From Octopus sinensis (Eukaryota), in contig NC_043007.1 in the NCBI RefSeq assembly GCF_006345805.1, positions 5,580,001 to 5,644,000 of the forward strand: a stretch of 64,000 nt of DNA, given 5' to 3'. The notes below the pieces were generated by a model that was given only the letters and a program-made list of their open reading frames with translations, was not told the DNA's origin and did no database searches. Below are positions 12,132 to 26,222 of the stretch, piece by piece (the first letter of the stretch is position 1; every line of letters begins with the position of its first letter). The position numbers were made by a program, and so were the translations under genes.

Positions 12132-13466
12132 GATTGAGGTCTAAATACACAAATACTACTATGAATATTAATGAGATCTTAGAGAAATAGTGAAAACTAC
12201 GTAAATAACGATGAATAAATATGGAAAACTGCATGAAGCATGTGCGTCTATTTTCCTTTTGAACTGGCAGTTAAGAATTTTATGTGACAAAGCAATCGAT
12301 ATTTTGGATTTTCATGTTGGATTGCCGATTGACGACAGCATTTAGATAACAGAGAAATATTTTTGATATAGTTTATTTATTATTCATGTTTTGTAATATC
12401 AAAGAATCATGTAGTGGAGTAAAAGTTATACTGTATGATGGTTTTTTTGTAGTTTCCAGCTTCTACGTACAAGTTATTGGTCAACCCAAGGCTACCCTAG
12501 TGAAACACCTGCTCAAGGCACTGCACAGTGAGACTGAACTCAGAATCATGTAGTTATGAAAGGAAGATGTTTAACTACATGACTATACCTTGTTAGAGAA
12601 GCATCTTGTACATCTAAACTAATGTCTATAGAAAAAAAAAAGGCATGAACTCAATCTTGCTTTTTAATTCAAGGTTCTCAAGGAGAGCTGATAGTAGCCA
12701 GAATGCCTAAGTAGAGCTGACACTAGTTACAGATCGGCTCAATTAAACGTGTACTACTAAGGTCTACTGTACACAGGTAGAGTCGATTTTAGCTATAGAC
12801 TATTCATGTACAGCTTACTGTAGCTATGGATCGGCTCGCATAGTGTTGTCGGTAGATGTGCGGTTTTCTTAAATAAAGCAGACTATAACTGTTAAGTCTG
12901 CTCAAGTCAGCAAGATTATAACTATCAGTTAACTTGTGTAGGTGTTGATGAAAGCATATTGTTGAAGTAGATTTGGTTGTAGCCATAGGTCAAGTAGAGC
13001 CAGCTGCAGTTGTAGGTCTTTGAAACACAACTGATTGTAACTATATATCAACTTAAGCACAGCACACTGGTGATAAGTCAGCGAAAGTAGAGCTAGGTGT
13101 ATTAAAGATTTATTTAACTAGCGTTTATTGTAGTGATGGGGTTGTTCAAAAAGATTAGACAGAAGATGTTGGTCTGAATACGTAGAAGTGATATAACAGT
13201 TGTAACTAGAGTTGACCGTAGTTATTGATCTATAGATTGCCGCTCAAAATAGCAGCACACGTCAGGGAGTCGATGAGGAAGCCTCTACATAATATTTCCA
13301 CCTGCTAGAAATAACAGCCAAATATCTGATAAATCACACTGTGAAGTCTTACAAAAGGAAACGTAGATAAATTTGTTCTTTGTTCTCTACATGTAATAAA
13401 AAAATGGGATAGTCACGGTTGGAATGCCTTTGATCATGCATATATATATATATATATATATACATG

Positions 13467-13503
<37 letters not shown>

Positions 13504-13527
13504 CTGTGTGTGTGTATATATATACAT

Positions 13528-13589
<62 letters not shown>

Positions 13590-13619
13590 TACACACACAC
13601 ACACACATATATATATATA

Positions 13620-13698
13620 GGGAGAGTTTACGAAAAAATAAGGAGAGAAACAAGGAGAGAAAAAAATGTGTGTTGTGGCTAACGACTATCATGGCGAC
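13620..13698 (-). mobile_element. Partial copy of Penelope-LTR-like repeat family 1
   Basis: gagagtttacgaaaa...aaggagagaaaaaaatgtgtgttgtggctaacgactatcatggcg matches both ends of 20322-20515 with the middle deleted. Confidence 0.7.
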
Positions 13699-13802
13699 AT
13701 ACATACATACATATACGCAAACAAACATACGTGCACATGCATACATATACATATGTTGATACATATAACATATATATATACACATACATTTACAAATGCA
13801 GG

Positions 13803-14150
13803 CAAGTGCCATCTCAAGGCATGGTCACACTGGGCAGATGCCCGGGAGCCCCACAAGTCTAAGGGCCTAATTCCGATCTATGTACGATGTAGGTAGCTAT
13901 GAATAAATAAATCCTACACGTTCCAATGCCTTATTTATCCCGAAAGCGTATAGAGCTGCTGCTCAGACGGCCCTCACATACAAACCAACAAAGCAAACCC
14001 TTAACGTGAACAGTCGTCGCATATTCAACGTCGGGGGTGATTCTTTGAACATAGGATGGAATATCTTCTCTAACATTAATGCCTCAACTTGCAGCCTTGT
14101 TAAATGACTGGTTATTCTTTTGATCATATTTATTGAAGAGATCATTTAGT
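13803..14150 (-). mobile_element. Probable hAT-type transposon end, decayed
   Basis: GC-rich terminal-like catggtcacactgggcagatgcccgggagcccc; weak minus-strand RLxxxALMxxExI similarity to the hAT C-terminal dimerisation region. Confidence 0.35.
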
Positions 14151-14939
14151 CAAAATCATTGTGATATCTGTCTCAAACATGATTCTTGTAGGAATTTACG
14201 ACAGCAAAGCTGGAAATAACATTAACACTTCCAAAGAAGTACTGAAATATGTAATTGTGTGTGTGTTTTATTTGTATTTGTATATGTAAGTAGACATCTT
14301 TCGCAAAAGCATATAAACATCACCAATAAAACCGAGGTTTTTCAAACGAAATCATTTGCGATGATTGTTCTGCACTGTGTTAAAGACACTCCTTTTTCAA
14401 TTCCCCTCTTTAAAAACACATTTAACCAGAGAGTGGTACATTAGGAATATGTAACCAATGATGCTATTGCTCACCAGCTGTGATGTAAGATAAATAATCT
14501 CTCAATTTTCATTAATCCATGGCTACTTGGTCTGAGTAGGGCACAAGGGCTATCGCTCACGGCACTTTTGCAATGAACAGGTGTCATAATTATAAATGGA
14601 AATGATGATTTCATACATTTACGAAAATTCAGGTTTAAATGTTTAAATGTAGCCGTTGTAGGAATCGCCTTGTTAACAGAATCTTTTTTACCGCTTTACT
14701 TTTTAATATTTAATCTTTCCGTTTAAGATTATGTTTCCTCAGTTACGAAATTGTTAATTTAAATAACATTTTAGCGGAAATATTTCACTATTATTTTGAT
14801 GGTAATTTCCATATCATTTCATAAAAATGATTTCACTGTTTCCGTGATGAAAATTTAAATATTTTTGAAACAAGTTTTCATCATCAGTCGTAGTGGTCCT
14901 GGTGGTGAATGGTGTTAATGGTAAAAACAAACGAAATTA

Positions 14940-14992
14940 ACGTAAAAACAACTGAAAACAATGCCTCCTCCTTGGCTAAGGCGGAGGTAACA
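14940..14992 (-). mobile_element. Hairpin terminus of a possible Helentron-associated non-autonomous element
   Basis: cctcctcctt-ggct-aaggcggagg 10-bp stem with one mismatch at 14964-14987; minus strand reads ttacctccgcc...ttgttttcag. Confidence 0.3.
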
Positions 14993-16273
14993 AGATGTAG
15001 CAAATTAAACTGAAAATGAGGGAAGGCAGAAGACGCCTAAATACCATGGTGTCACCAAGACAAACGTCTGCAGTTAGGGGAAGTATATTCAGGTCACTTT
15101 CTTCCCCTCCTCTGAAAAGAGCGACTTTCTCACCTCATTCCTTATGTTCCACTGTTGTAAGACGTGAAAACGACGGATTATTCCAAATGCTGCTGCTTCT
15201 ATATATTAAAACTTCCTTAAAACATCTAAATTCTCGAAATATTTTCACTTCAGTAATCAGAAATTCTAAAAATTAAGTGAAGCGCATTTGAAAGCAAGTT
15301 TTTCTCTTTGTATTCTTCTTGTTTACCTTTGTTCGCAATTCAATATATTAAGTGATTCATTTATTTTTGAAAAGAAATGTAAATTCAAAAACGTTTCAAA
15401 AACAGAATGTTTTGTTTCAATTTAAAACGTATTAAGTATTTATTAAGAAGAAATTTCATCTTAAAGAATTTTACTGCTTGGTTTTCGAGTGTAACTCTAT
15501 AATAGTTATCCAGATAATGATAGCAACTTCAAAGACATTTATTCATTGTTCTTCTTAAAGCATGAAAAGAAGCAATAACGATTATCAAACAGCGAGAAGA
15601 GGCCTTAAAATGGAGAATAAAATACAGAAATACAGAAATGAACTCAGTGCTTAGCCTCAAATGAAAAATTATTCGTTTATACTTTAAGCAATATCAGTCA
15701 TTGGACTACGGCCTTTCCTCTGCACCCAGCCGCATTCAAAGGTGTAATTTAGTGGTTTTCAGACACCGCCTCCCCACTTTATTTTCCTAACACTACTCTT
15801 TTTACTAAGACTTTCTTGACGTCTCCAAGCTACGCTTCAACATAATTAAGTGTGCATCAAACAAAATAAAAAAAAAAGAAATAGCAAATCACCACCAAAA
15901 GGCTGATCACCATTAAAAGACTACCTGCATATAAGCTATTTCACTAATATAATACACTATTGATTAATGGTCGCATTCTTGGCAGAAGGTAAAAAAAAGA
16001 CCGGTAACGCTTTTATCTCACGGAATCAATAAATAGTAATAAAAAGACTATTTCTGTGCATCCCTGCTACAACTACAAAGAAAACAAAACAGCGGTAGAC
16101 ACCTGCACGAGTTCCGGTGTTTATTGTCTGACATCTATAATGTATGGATGCGCAAAGATTCTTCTTGGTCAATGCAAATGATATTTTTTGCCTTTCCTTT
16201 TACCTCAAGCTTCGTCAGTGAGAGGTGAGGACTGATGCAACGATTGAGTACTAACTTTGACAGCCATATATTC

Positions 16274-16275
<2 letters not shown>

Positions 16276-16304
<29 letters not shown>

Positions 16305-16656
16305 TGTATGTATGTATGTATGTATGTATGTATGTATGTATGTATGTATGTATGTATGTATGTATGTATGTATGTATGTATGTATGTATGTATGTATGTA
16401 GGTATGAATGTATGTATGTATGTATGTATGTTGTATGTATGTATGTATGTTATGTATGTATGTATGTATGTATGTATGTATGTATGTATGTATGTATGTA
16501 TGTATGTATGTATGTATGTATGTATGTATGTATGTATGTATGTATGTATGTATGTATGTATGTATGTATGTATGTATGTATGTATGTATGTATGTATGTA
16601 TGTATGTATGTATGTATGTATGTATGTATGTATGTATGTATGTATGTATGTATGTA
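16276..16656. repeat. (ATGT)n microsatellite, ~380 bp
   Basis: Direct reading; source of the MYVC/HTYI ORFs. Confidence 0.98.
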
Positions 16657-17444
16657 TACACCGAGTTTTTGTATAGATATAAATATATTCACGGTATTTC
16701 AGCGCTGAATTAGTTTTGCATATCGTCAAAATCCAATATAGCATTACGATGCAATATCAACTAAATTATGAATACGTACACACACACACATATCACAACT
16801 GCACACACACACAAACACACACACACACACACACAGACATTTTGAAAGCCACAATGGAATAGTGCCTACACATCTTGAAAGTTGCTGTTGCGTGGCAACA
16901 GCAGTCTCGTCCCAGATGTGAGAACATTATCTCACTGTAGATCTCAAAATGCCATTTATAGAGAGTTAATAGTTCTTAAGATCATAAGTATTTTCTGTCC
17001 TTGAAAAGAAAATTCATAGAGAAATTTGGCTGCTATTTATTATCACAACGACAATGCATCATCGTTGATTCAACTAATTATAGACAACTAAAAATTCAAC
17101 GATGCTTTTAGACAAAGGAAAGCAAAATTATAAAGTTTATCGACTTTCAGATTATCTTCGTTTGTTCAATAAAAACAATATCCTTTATATTCCCTGACCC
17201 CCATTCTATTGAAAATATCCGAGGAAAAATATTATTATACGTATACAGAACATTTTATTGGAAATATCATTATCAACGATTCATTCTCGTATAATGACAA
17301 AAAAGTGTATTGGAGTCAATTGAAATCTGTTATAAATCATAATTCAAATTAGTAAACATTCAGATTTTTGCGACAAAATTTTGTTCTCTATTAATAGAAA
17401 CTGTGTATAGAATAGAATGAAGTAGATGAATAACAATAAAAACA

Positions 17445-17653
17445 ACAACGACAACGACGACGACGACGACGACGGCGATGATGATGATGATGATGATGAT
17501 AATGATGATGATGATGATGATGATAATGATGATGATGATGATGATGATGATGATAATCATCTGCAATAAAGTGGATGAAACCATTGCCCGTATCACGAAT
17601 AATGATGATGATGATAATAATAATAATAATAATAATGATAATAATAATAAATA

Positions 17654-17711
<58 letters not shown>

Positions 17712-17716
17712 TATTA
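17445..17716. repeat. Compound trinucleotide microsatellite (CAA/CGA/TGA/TAA/TTA)
   Basis: Direct reading. Confidence 0.97.
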
Positions 17717-17719
17717 GCA

Positions 17720-19290
17720 CATGTCGGAAGAATAACAGGTTGGCGTACTGTAGAATTAGTCTTTGTCTTATTGCTATATGTGTGAGAGTGTCTTTAGACT
17801 AGATTAGTGGCCATCCTAGTGAAGGTGCCATGAAAAAACAATTGTGGAAAGGAAAACTCTCACAAACCTAAATTATTAATAAAATGTTGCTAAATAATTA
17901 TTCAAATGAAGGCGTAAATGGGGCTGGAACCAGGGGTTCGTGGGCTGAAAGTTGTGATTGGTCTTTGACAAAATATCAAAATATGATTAAAGAGTAAAGC
18001 AGTATAAATTATTCTGAATTGATGAGAAGAATTCATCAAGAAATATGAGAAATTACACACTAAAGAGTTATACTTGAACCAGAAGAAAGTCGAGTATTTT
18101 GGAGTGAGATGCGGAATATGAAAGAGCAGTATAATGCTGAATGTGAATGGCTGGAAAATCTGAGAGAAAATCTGCAGAAAGGTGAGTAATTGAAAAGCAG
18201 TTGAACCCAATAGTATTCAACAATATTGAATAAAGAAACTGACCAGATGCCATGAAAGAATAGCTGAAAAGGTTAATGCACTGATTAAATCAAATGAAGA
18301 AATTCTTGAGTGGATAACTATTGGACGAATAGTTTTGCATTTGAAAGATACTTCAAATCGGCATTCTGTAGATATTACAGACCCACATCATGTCTGCTTC
18401 TGATGTGGAAGTTACTGGAACAATTCACAGATGAACTGTAGGCATTTCTTGATAATAACGGAATACCTTCTGTTGAGACGAAAGGTTACAGACCAAATTA
18501 TAGGTGAGAAAAGAACAGCTACTTTTAGATAAAATGGTAATGAAAGATTGTTTGGGGAAAGAAGACGGCATTAGCAATAGCTTGGATAGATAACCGCATG
18601 GTCTATGACGAAATACCACATATGTGGACCATTAAAAATTTGAAGTTTTAAGGACTACGAAGATTGCCAAGATTTTTTAAGCAAAATTATGGTAAGTTAG
18701 AAGATTGAGTACACATTATATGAACAGAACTTAGGGATATTAAGAACCAAAAGAGATTCTTTAAAGAAATTGGGTGTCTATTATTCGTTTCATGCTTGAT
18801 TTCTATAATATTACTACTGAGGAAAGTAACATCTGGATATGAGTTTAAAGGCAGCAGCAGAAGTTCAACTATGTATTATGTATGATCTCATGGTGTATGG
18901 TAACGAGGGACTTCAGTAAGAATATCAAAATGGAATACAGTATAAGAAATGTGGAGTAATATTCCTGACAAGAGGATAGGTAAACAGACTTGAAGGTACA
19001 GAATTACCATCAGGGAAATAATACCTGTATGACCAGGTACAAATACCTGGACATATAGTCGACATTGTTATTACGATCACATCGTTTGATATAAACTTTT
19101 CAGAATGGCGTTTAAGTTGAAGCAAAGTTGGTGAGTATAAAAACTGATTCAGAGAAACAACAACATCAACTGATTTGCAGCTTTGAGGAAACAATAATGG
19201 ACACGCTGTAACAATAAGAATACACACATTCACAAAATCCCCCGAATTTTGCATAATAACGGTCTAAGAAGTTTACCGGTTTGGAATCTT
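17720..19290 (+). mobile_element. R4/Dong-clade non-LTR retrotransposon, heavily decayed 5' and RT portion
   Basis: Frameshifted motifs YDQRVKQY, PEESRVFWSE, WITIGRIVL, YRPTSCLLLMWKLL, EQLLLDKMVMKDC, IAWIDNR.VYD.IPH.W follow the R4/Dong RT order; abuts (TTA)n. Confidence 0.8.
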
Positions 19291-19387
19291 CTTTCTCACT
19301 TCCTCCCTCTCTCTTTCTCTGTATATATATATGTGTGTATGTATGTATATCTGTGTCATGTGAATATATATGTATATGCATATGTAA

Positions 19388-19419
<32 letters not shown>

Positions 19420-19436
19420 TATATATATATGTGTGG

Positions 19437-19467
<31 letters not shown>

Positions 19468-20262
19468 TGTGTGTATGTGTGTGTGTGTGTGTATATGTAT
19501 ATGCATACATACATTGTTATATTTCGTGACGGTAATTTTTTTCTTGCAAAATAAACACACGTACTATATATTCGTTCTCTACTTGTTTATGTCCATTGTT
19601 TGAAATGTTTCGTCACACACCTGTGACTTCTTCAGTGAGCATCCATCCCACATGTCTCCTTTTTTGTTTAGCCCATTATGTCTGTCTATGGTGTATGTAA
19701 TTACCTGAGTATGCGTTTGTGTCTGTATCTCTGTGTGTATGTGTACACGTGCCTGTCTGTTTTGCATGTGTTTTCTGCGTGTGCATATGAATTTACTTAC
19801 TTTATTAGCTGTGTCCGTGCCCTTTGTATACTTTTTTCATTTATTTACTTATTCATCTCTCTATTTCCGCCATTTCATCTTAAATATGTGTATGTGTGTC
19901 TTTTCTATGTGTTTATATAGGTTAATGTATTAAACCGCTTGTGTCTGTGTGCTTTTGTATTTTTTCTCCCATTCTGTCTTTGGTCAGAAAAAAGTGACCA
20001 TCCCGAAATATGTCAATATCTGTTACAAAATACGATTTCACATTAAGAATCTTGCAAATTATACATGTGTGCGTGATGAGTGTATGTGTGAGTGTTGTAT
20101 ATAAGAATATATATATATATATTTATCATATTTATCACACACACAAACACAAATATATAAATACCTATATACATACAAACATACGTACATACATACATAG
20201 CTACATATATACATACATATATACACACACACACACACACATACATACATATATATATATAT

Positions 20263-20307
<45 letters not shown>

Positions 20308-20321
20308 GAGAGAGAGAGAGA

Positions 20322-20515
20322 GAGTTTACGAAAAGACAAAAGACGAAGACAGGTGGTGTACAAAACAAACAGATGTATTAGTATAACGCTCAGGAATAGA
20401 AAAAGTCTTTTACGTTTCGAGCCCACGCTCTTTTACAGAAAGGGACACAGAAAAAACAAAGAGAGAAACAAGGAGAGGAAAAATGTGTGTAGTGGCTAAC
20501 GATCTATCATGGCGT
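20322..20515 (-). mobile_element. Penelope-LTR-like repeat family 1
   Basis: Near-identical copy at 22338-22520; contains the hammerhead-like ctgtaaaagagcgtgggctcgaaacgta on the minus strand. Confidence 0.6.
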
Positions 20516-20965
20516 CTCATATATATAAATTCTTTATATATTCTCATATATATATATATATTCTTTATGGCAACAAATGTTACACTCTGCGCATCATAGG
20601 ATCCAGCTATAAAAATAATTATCGGCCAGCAAAGTAATCATTTAGCATATGTAGATGACAAAACTGGTTATTATTTGAAGTTCTTCATTTATAAAATCTA
20701 ATAAAAATAATATCAGATTCATGAAAAATTCAATTTCAAGGATTTTGAAATAGATGTAGTCATTGTGTATTGCATTCTTATTCTTGAAATACGAAAGAAC
20801 AGAAAAAAAAAAGAAAATCTTCAATGAGAGAAGTTTTAGCTGGCATCGTCAGAGAATAGCGTTTTAAATAAATATATTTCAATCAAAATTCAATTACAAT
20901 AGACACACACACACACACACACACAGACACACACACAGACACACACACACAGACACACACACACA

Positions 20966-21006
<41 letters not shown>

Positions 21007-21039
21007 TCATGTACATTTTGTTTTGTTTTTTTTTTTCGT

Positions 21040-21185
21040 TCTCTCTCTGTTTTTTTCTTCCCTCTGAACCTTTCTGTTGAAGAGCGTAGGTTCGAAGCGT
21101 AAAAGACTTTTCCAATTTCCCGAGCGTCAAACTAATACACTTACTTGTCGTTCCTACTCTTGCCTTCGTCTTTTGTTTCTATAAA
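21040..21185 (+). mobile_element. Penelope-LTR-like repeat family 1 (diverged, opposite orientation)
   Basis: ctttctgttgaagagcgtaggttcgaagcgtaaaagactttt...gagcgtcaaactaatac...cttcgtcttttg. Confidence 0.6.
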
Positions 21186-21297
21186 TTTTAACTATACGCA
21201 TACATACATAATTCATTCGTTCATACATACATATATCTACACACACACATATATATATGCATACATACATACATACATATATATATATATGTATACA

Positions 21298-21329
<32 letters not shown>

Positions 21330-21334
21330 ATATA

Positions 21335-21365
<31 letters not shown>

Positions 21366-21528
21366 AATTAGAAAAAAACACCTTTTATCAATTCAATAAT
21401 GAAAAAAATAAATTATACCATATAGAAAAAAATTACATCCTATAGAAAAATTTAAATATAAGATAAAACATATACCAATGATTAAGTAATGTGCAAAATA
21501 AATAAAACGTATATATTTGGTAATATTT

Positions 21529-21602
<74 letters not shown>

Positions 21603-22337
21603 ATTCATATATGAATATACATATAGTCATCGTCCGCTTGCTTCACCGCTGGGGTCTTTGGGGTTGGTGAGACTTAGGCTGGTCCTCGTCCTCTACATTG
21701 CCACTAAGGGTAGTCCTATTAAGTGTTTAGGACTACGGACGGCATCGTTGTCACAGTCAATGGTCCACACAAGCCCCTCCACCACGACAAGAGGAGACCA
21801 TCTGAAAACCTGAAGCAGAGGATGAAGAAGGCTATCATGACGGACATGTTACAGAAGGCACCACTCAAAACCATAACCAGGTTGTCGGCAGTCAATTGCA
21901 GCTTCATAACTGAATTCTGCGTGTCTCACGCTACACGTGTTTACAATATATTGCTGGCTGGAGCAGACCCTGGCTATCTCTGTGGCGACTTGGTACTCGC
22001 AACTGAAGATGAACCAACCAGCTCGAAACTGAGTCAGTCTCGCGATTCTGTTGCCTACTAGGGGGGGGTAGGGGTTCGCTCCCACTGCTAGCAATATATA
22101 TATATGTATTGGGTGCAGCACCGCACCAATAACCAGCCAGCGGAAGATCTGCTTGGGGTTAAACTAGTAGTAACATGGAACAGCCACATTAATGTGTCGA
22201 TTGACGTTACTTGTATATATATATATATATCTATATCTATATATATATATATATCTATATATATATATAATATATAATATATATAGAGAGAGAGAGAGAG
22301 GAGAGAGAGAGAGAAAGAGGGAGAGGGAGAGAGAGGG

Positions 22338-22520
22338 AGAGTTTACGAAAAAACAAAAGACGAAGACAGGTGGTGTACAAGACAAACAGATGTACTAGTA
22401 TAACGCTCAGGAATAGAAAAAGTCTTTTACGCTTCGAGCCTACGCTCTTCTACAGAAAGGGGCACAGAAAAATACAAGGAGAGAAAAAATGTGTGTAGTG
22501 GCTAACGATCTATCATGGCG
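22338..22520 (-). mobile_element. Penelope-LTR-like repeat family 1
   Basis: Aligns end-to-end with 20322-20515. Confidence 0.6.
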
Positions 22521-22972
22521 ACTATATATATACATAATGCATTAAAATATAGGCAACCTTTACATCATGTATATTGTTACAATATTGAGGTTACTAAAAA
22601 GGACTTCTTGAAAGCCCTTGACCTTTGAACATAAAATTTCCTCCCCCCTCTCACTCTATAAGCATAATTCTTTTTTCTGTTACACTTGTATTATTCCATC
22701 ACGTTGTATTGTATAAATATGTTTTAGATTTTTGTTTCTTATTCTTGTATACACTCCTTTGCTTTTCCCAGAAGCTTAATGCCCTGGCACTTGCCGTAAT
22801 CGAGAGGTCTCAATTGTAAAGGAACACGAAACTGCGGACAGTGACTGAAGAAAGAATTGGCTGGGGATGGTCCAGTTTCCCGTTTGTTATGTTATCGTTT
22901 AGTTTTCCGTATGTTTTTTTGTTTGCTCTGTTTTCTCATTGAGTTCTTTCTGTTCAACCTTTGATACACACA

Positions 22973-23031
<59 letters not shown>

Positions 23032-23048
23032 TATATATATATATATAC

Positions 23049-23410
23049 TCAACTCCGTCGGTCACGAATGACCATGGGTGCACCGGTTCCCCTCCAGGGT
23101 ACAATTCTGCGCGGATAGCCGCCTCGCCGGCGTACGCACAGCGTATGGTTGTTTTTATGGAAGACCAGCAGTCGCGCATGTATACCGGCCCCGCCTCTCC
23201 ATGCCACTGATGTTATCCAAGGGAAAGGCAAAGGGGCTGATACAGCTTGGCACTAGTGACGTCGGAACTAATTTCTACAGCTGAGTGAGCTGGAGCAACG
23301 TGAAATAAAGGGTCTTGCTCGAGAACACAACACGCAACCCGGTCGGGAATCGAGCTCACAACTTCACGATCGTAAGCTCGACGTTCTAACCACTAAGCCA
23401 TGCGGCTTCA
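23049..23410 (-). mobile_element. tRNA-derived SINE (family C), full length
   Basis: Minus-strand head gcatggcttagtggttagaacgtcgagc...gctcgattcccgacc (A- and B-box-like), then gtgttgtgttctcgagcaagacc; paralog at 37183-37516. Confidence 0.9.
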
Positions 23411-23565
23411 CACACACACACACACTCACACACACACACATACACACACACACACACATATATATGTATATGTAATATATATATATATTTACATATATGC
23501 ATATGTGTGTATATATATATAAATTTGATGCATATACACATAAAAATGTTATATTCATACATACA

Positions 23566-23608
<43 letters not shown>

Positions 23609-24289
23609 TAGTGCACGCGCTTTCGTTATGTAAAGTGCGAGCAAGTTTAAGCGCTAATTTGCTTTCCCTAAATGCTATAGAAAGAGAAGATATTTGCTTA
23701 CAAAATAATCAGTCAACATTTGTAATCGATCCTGATTTCTTGGAATTCTCTAAGTAAACGGATGCAGTTCACCTACATTATATAAGCAGCAATGTTTACA
23801 AATCTCCACTGTTTAAAAGGCAATGTATGTTTACCAACTTGTAACGGGTGTTATACATTTATATTTATAAAGTGTTTTAATATTTATATAGCAGGCAATA
23901 TTCACATCGAAGACAAGTTTATAGAGGTGCACAGTCGTTATAGTAGGAATATTTAGGTGACATTCATTTTCTGTAACCCATAAAAACTATTTCATGTGCT
24001 GCTATTTCGAGCAGAGAGACTGACCAAATATTTGATTAAATGACTGGGTGTGGCCCACAGAATCAGTGCTTTATATAGCCTTCTGGAATTCGTAATAAAT
24101 TGAGATTAATGAGTGAACGCAAGTAATTGTTTAAAAAAAAAAAAAAAAGACCTAAGAAGCTTTTAAATGATTAAACCTGAAGTATTCTTCAAATATAATA
24201 AATCGATTATAAATAAATTATCTTTAAACGTTTGCTAATCAGTTGGAAAGAGAAGATAATTTGGGTTTATTAAGTATTGTGAAATATAA

Positions 24290-24900
24290 TCCTTAAACAG
24301 AAATGAATAATTCTCCAGAAAAATATGACTGATTACAGGTGTCACTCGTCTTACGAAAGAGGTCCCCCAAATTTCAACCGATGAAGTGAAGATGCTATAA
24401 ATTTTGGAGAATGTCTCTGCTTAGCCAGGTTCTAATCAAGTCGTCAGTAATAATTCTCCCACCAAATGCTTCCACGATAAATCACCTAATGCATCAAGGT
24501 ATTACTGTAGGTTATAAAAGATTGCACCAACGAAGATATAAGGGCAATCTTAAGGAAGATACACGAGAAATAAGGACCCTCATTAACATCCGATGTAGGA
24601 CACCTGAGCGCTCTATACAATAAGTTCATTATTATAATCGCGATAACACCTGTTCGACATAACTGCACAGTAGGAAGACAAAATAGACGACGTTGACGAC
24701 GAAGTCAGGAATTGGCTGGAAGACGCAGGGAATCATTCTGGACACCAAAGATTAAGAGAAGAGATTGCATTATAAATCCTTGATGTTGAGAGTAGAAATA
24801 GGAAGAGTGATGAAGACGACGACGTAGAATCATTTCGCAAAAAACTCCCACTCTTTGTTATGCGAGAATTCTTTGTCTGATACTAAGAGTTTAGAAGTTT
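24290..24900 (+). mobile_element. pogo/Tigger-like DDE_1 transposase fragment, decayed
   Basis: KML*ILENVSA*P (cf. KxLLILDNAxxHP) followed by VIILPPNASTINHLMHQGITVGYKRLHQRRY (cf. VxFLPPNTTSxxQPxDQGII..FK..Y). Confidence 0.8.
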
Positions 24901-25250
24901 ATGGAAGCAGTGACCTGCACAAAGCACTTGTTTGCAGAGATCAAATAATTGTGCTGAATATTAGCTCACTCGCTCCATCAAGTCGACGTTGTCTGATCAG
25001 GAGTACGATGTACATGCATATATGTATAAATGTATATGTATATATATTGTATATGTATATGTGTGTGCGCGTGTGTGTGTGCATATGTATGTAAGCATGT
25101 GTGTATGTGTGTATATATATATACACGTATATATCACATCTACATAAATGCATACAGACACACTCGCACATACATACACACGTACATAAGTACGTACATA
25201 CATACGTACGTACATATATACATATATATCTACACATACATATATTTCTT

Positions 25251-25413
<163 letters not shown>

Positions 25414-26014
25414 GCATACATATGTATACACAACGCATTCTCTTTATATTCAGCCCAAGAAATGGCACAATAAACATAGCACATACACTATAGAGTCATT
25501 AACAATCACTGTCACGTATAACTCAACACGTGTTTAACAGAACCACGATCCAGCGAAAAGCTCAGCTCACGTTACACATTCTCTTTACAGCAGATGCAAC
25601 ATTAAATAGCATCATTACATCAAAACATAACCTAAAATACAGTCAACCATTAGGCAGCATTGAAACGCAATTTCACATTCCCCAAAGATAATGTGCAACG
25701 CACCTCACGAATACAAAGGTGAATTTCATGCGGAAGAAGCTTGCGAAAAAAAAACGCTGAAACCATCATGATAATTACATCGATTTTCGATTGCTATTTA
25801 ATAATAATTTGATTTATAGCTATTTGGATGAAATATTTTAATAATTATATCACGCTCATACACTCTCGCACGCACTTACAAAATGTGAAGACGCAAATCA
25901 AAATATCACAATGTATACAGATCGGTTTACGAGATACTGTACAAGTATCAGTAATATAAATAATATTGAAATGTGTGTATTAATATAAATGTATGAATAA
26001 TATATAAAAATAAT

Positions 26015-26102
26015 TTACAACAACAACAACAATGATAATAATAATAATAATAATATATAATAATAATAATAATAATAATATAATAATAATAATAAAAAAA
26101 AA

Positions 26103-26169
<67 letters not shown>

Positions 26170-26186
26170 TAATAAAAAAAAAAAAA

Positions 26187-26221
<35 letters not shown>

Positions 26222-26222
26222 T
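26015..26222. repeat. (AAT)n microsatellite
   Basis: Direct reading. Confidence 0.97.

Noticed and set aside
16205-16230. Apparent 15-nt plus-strand micro-exon (cctcaag|CTTCGTCAGTGAGAG|gtgagg); similar isolated candidates near 5950, 7760, 15135 and 60880
   Set aside because: Single motifs without partners or recognisable peptides; both strands give such hits, showing low specificity
23330-23410. tRNA-like sequence here and at other SINE heads as tRNA genes
   Set aside because: They lack a full cloverleaf and continue straight into SINE bodies
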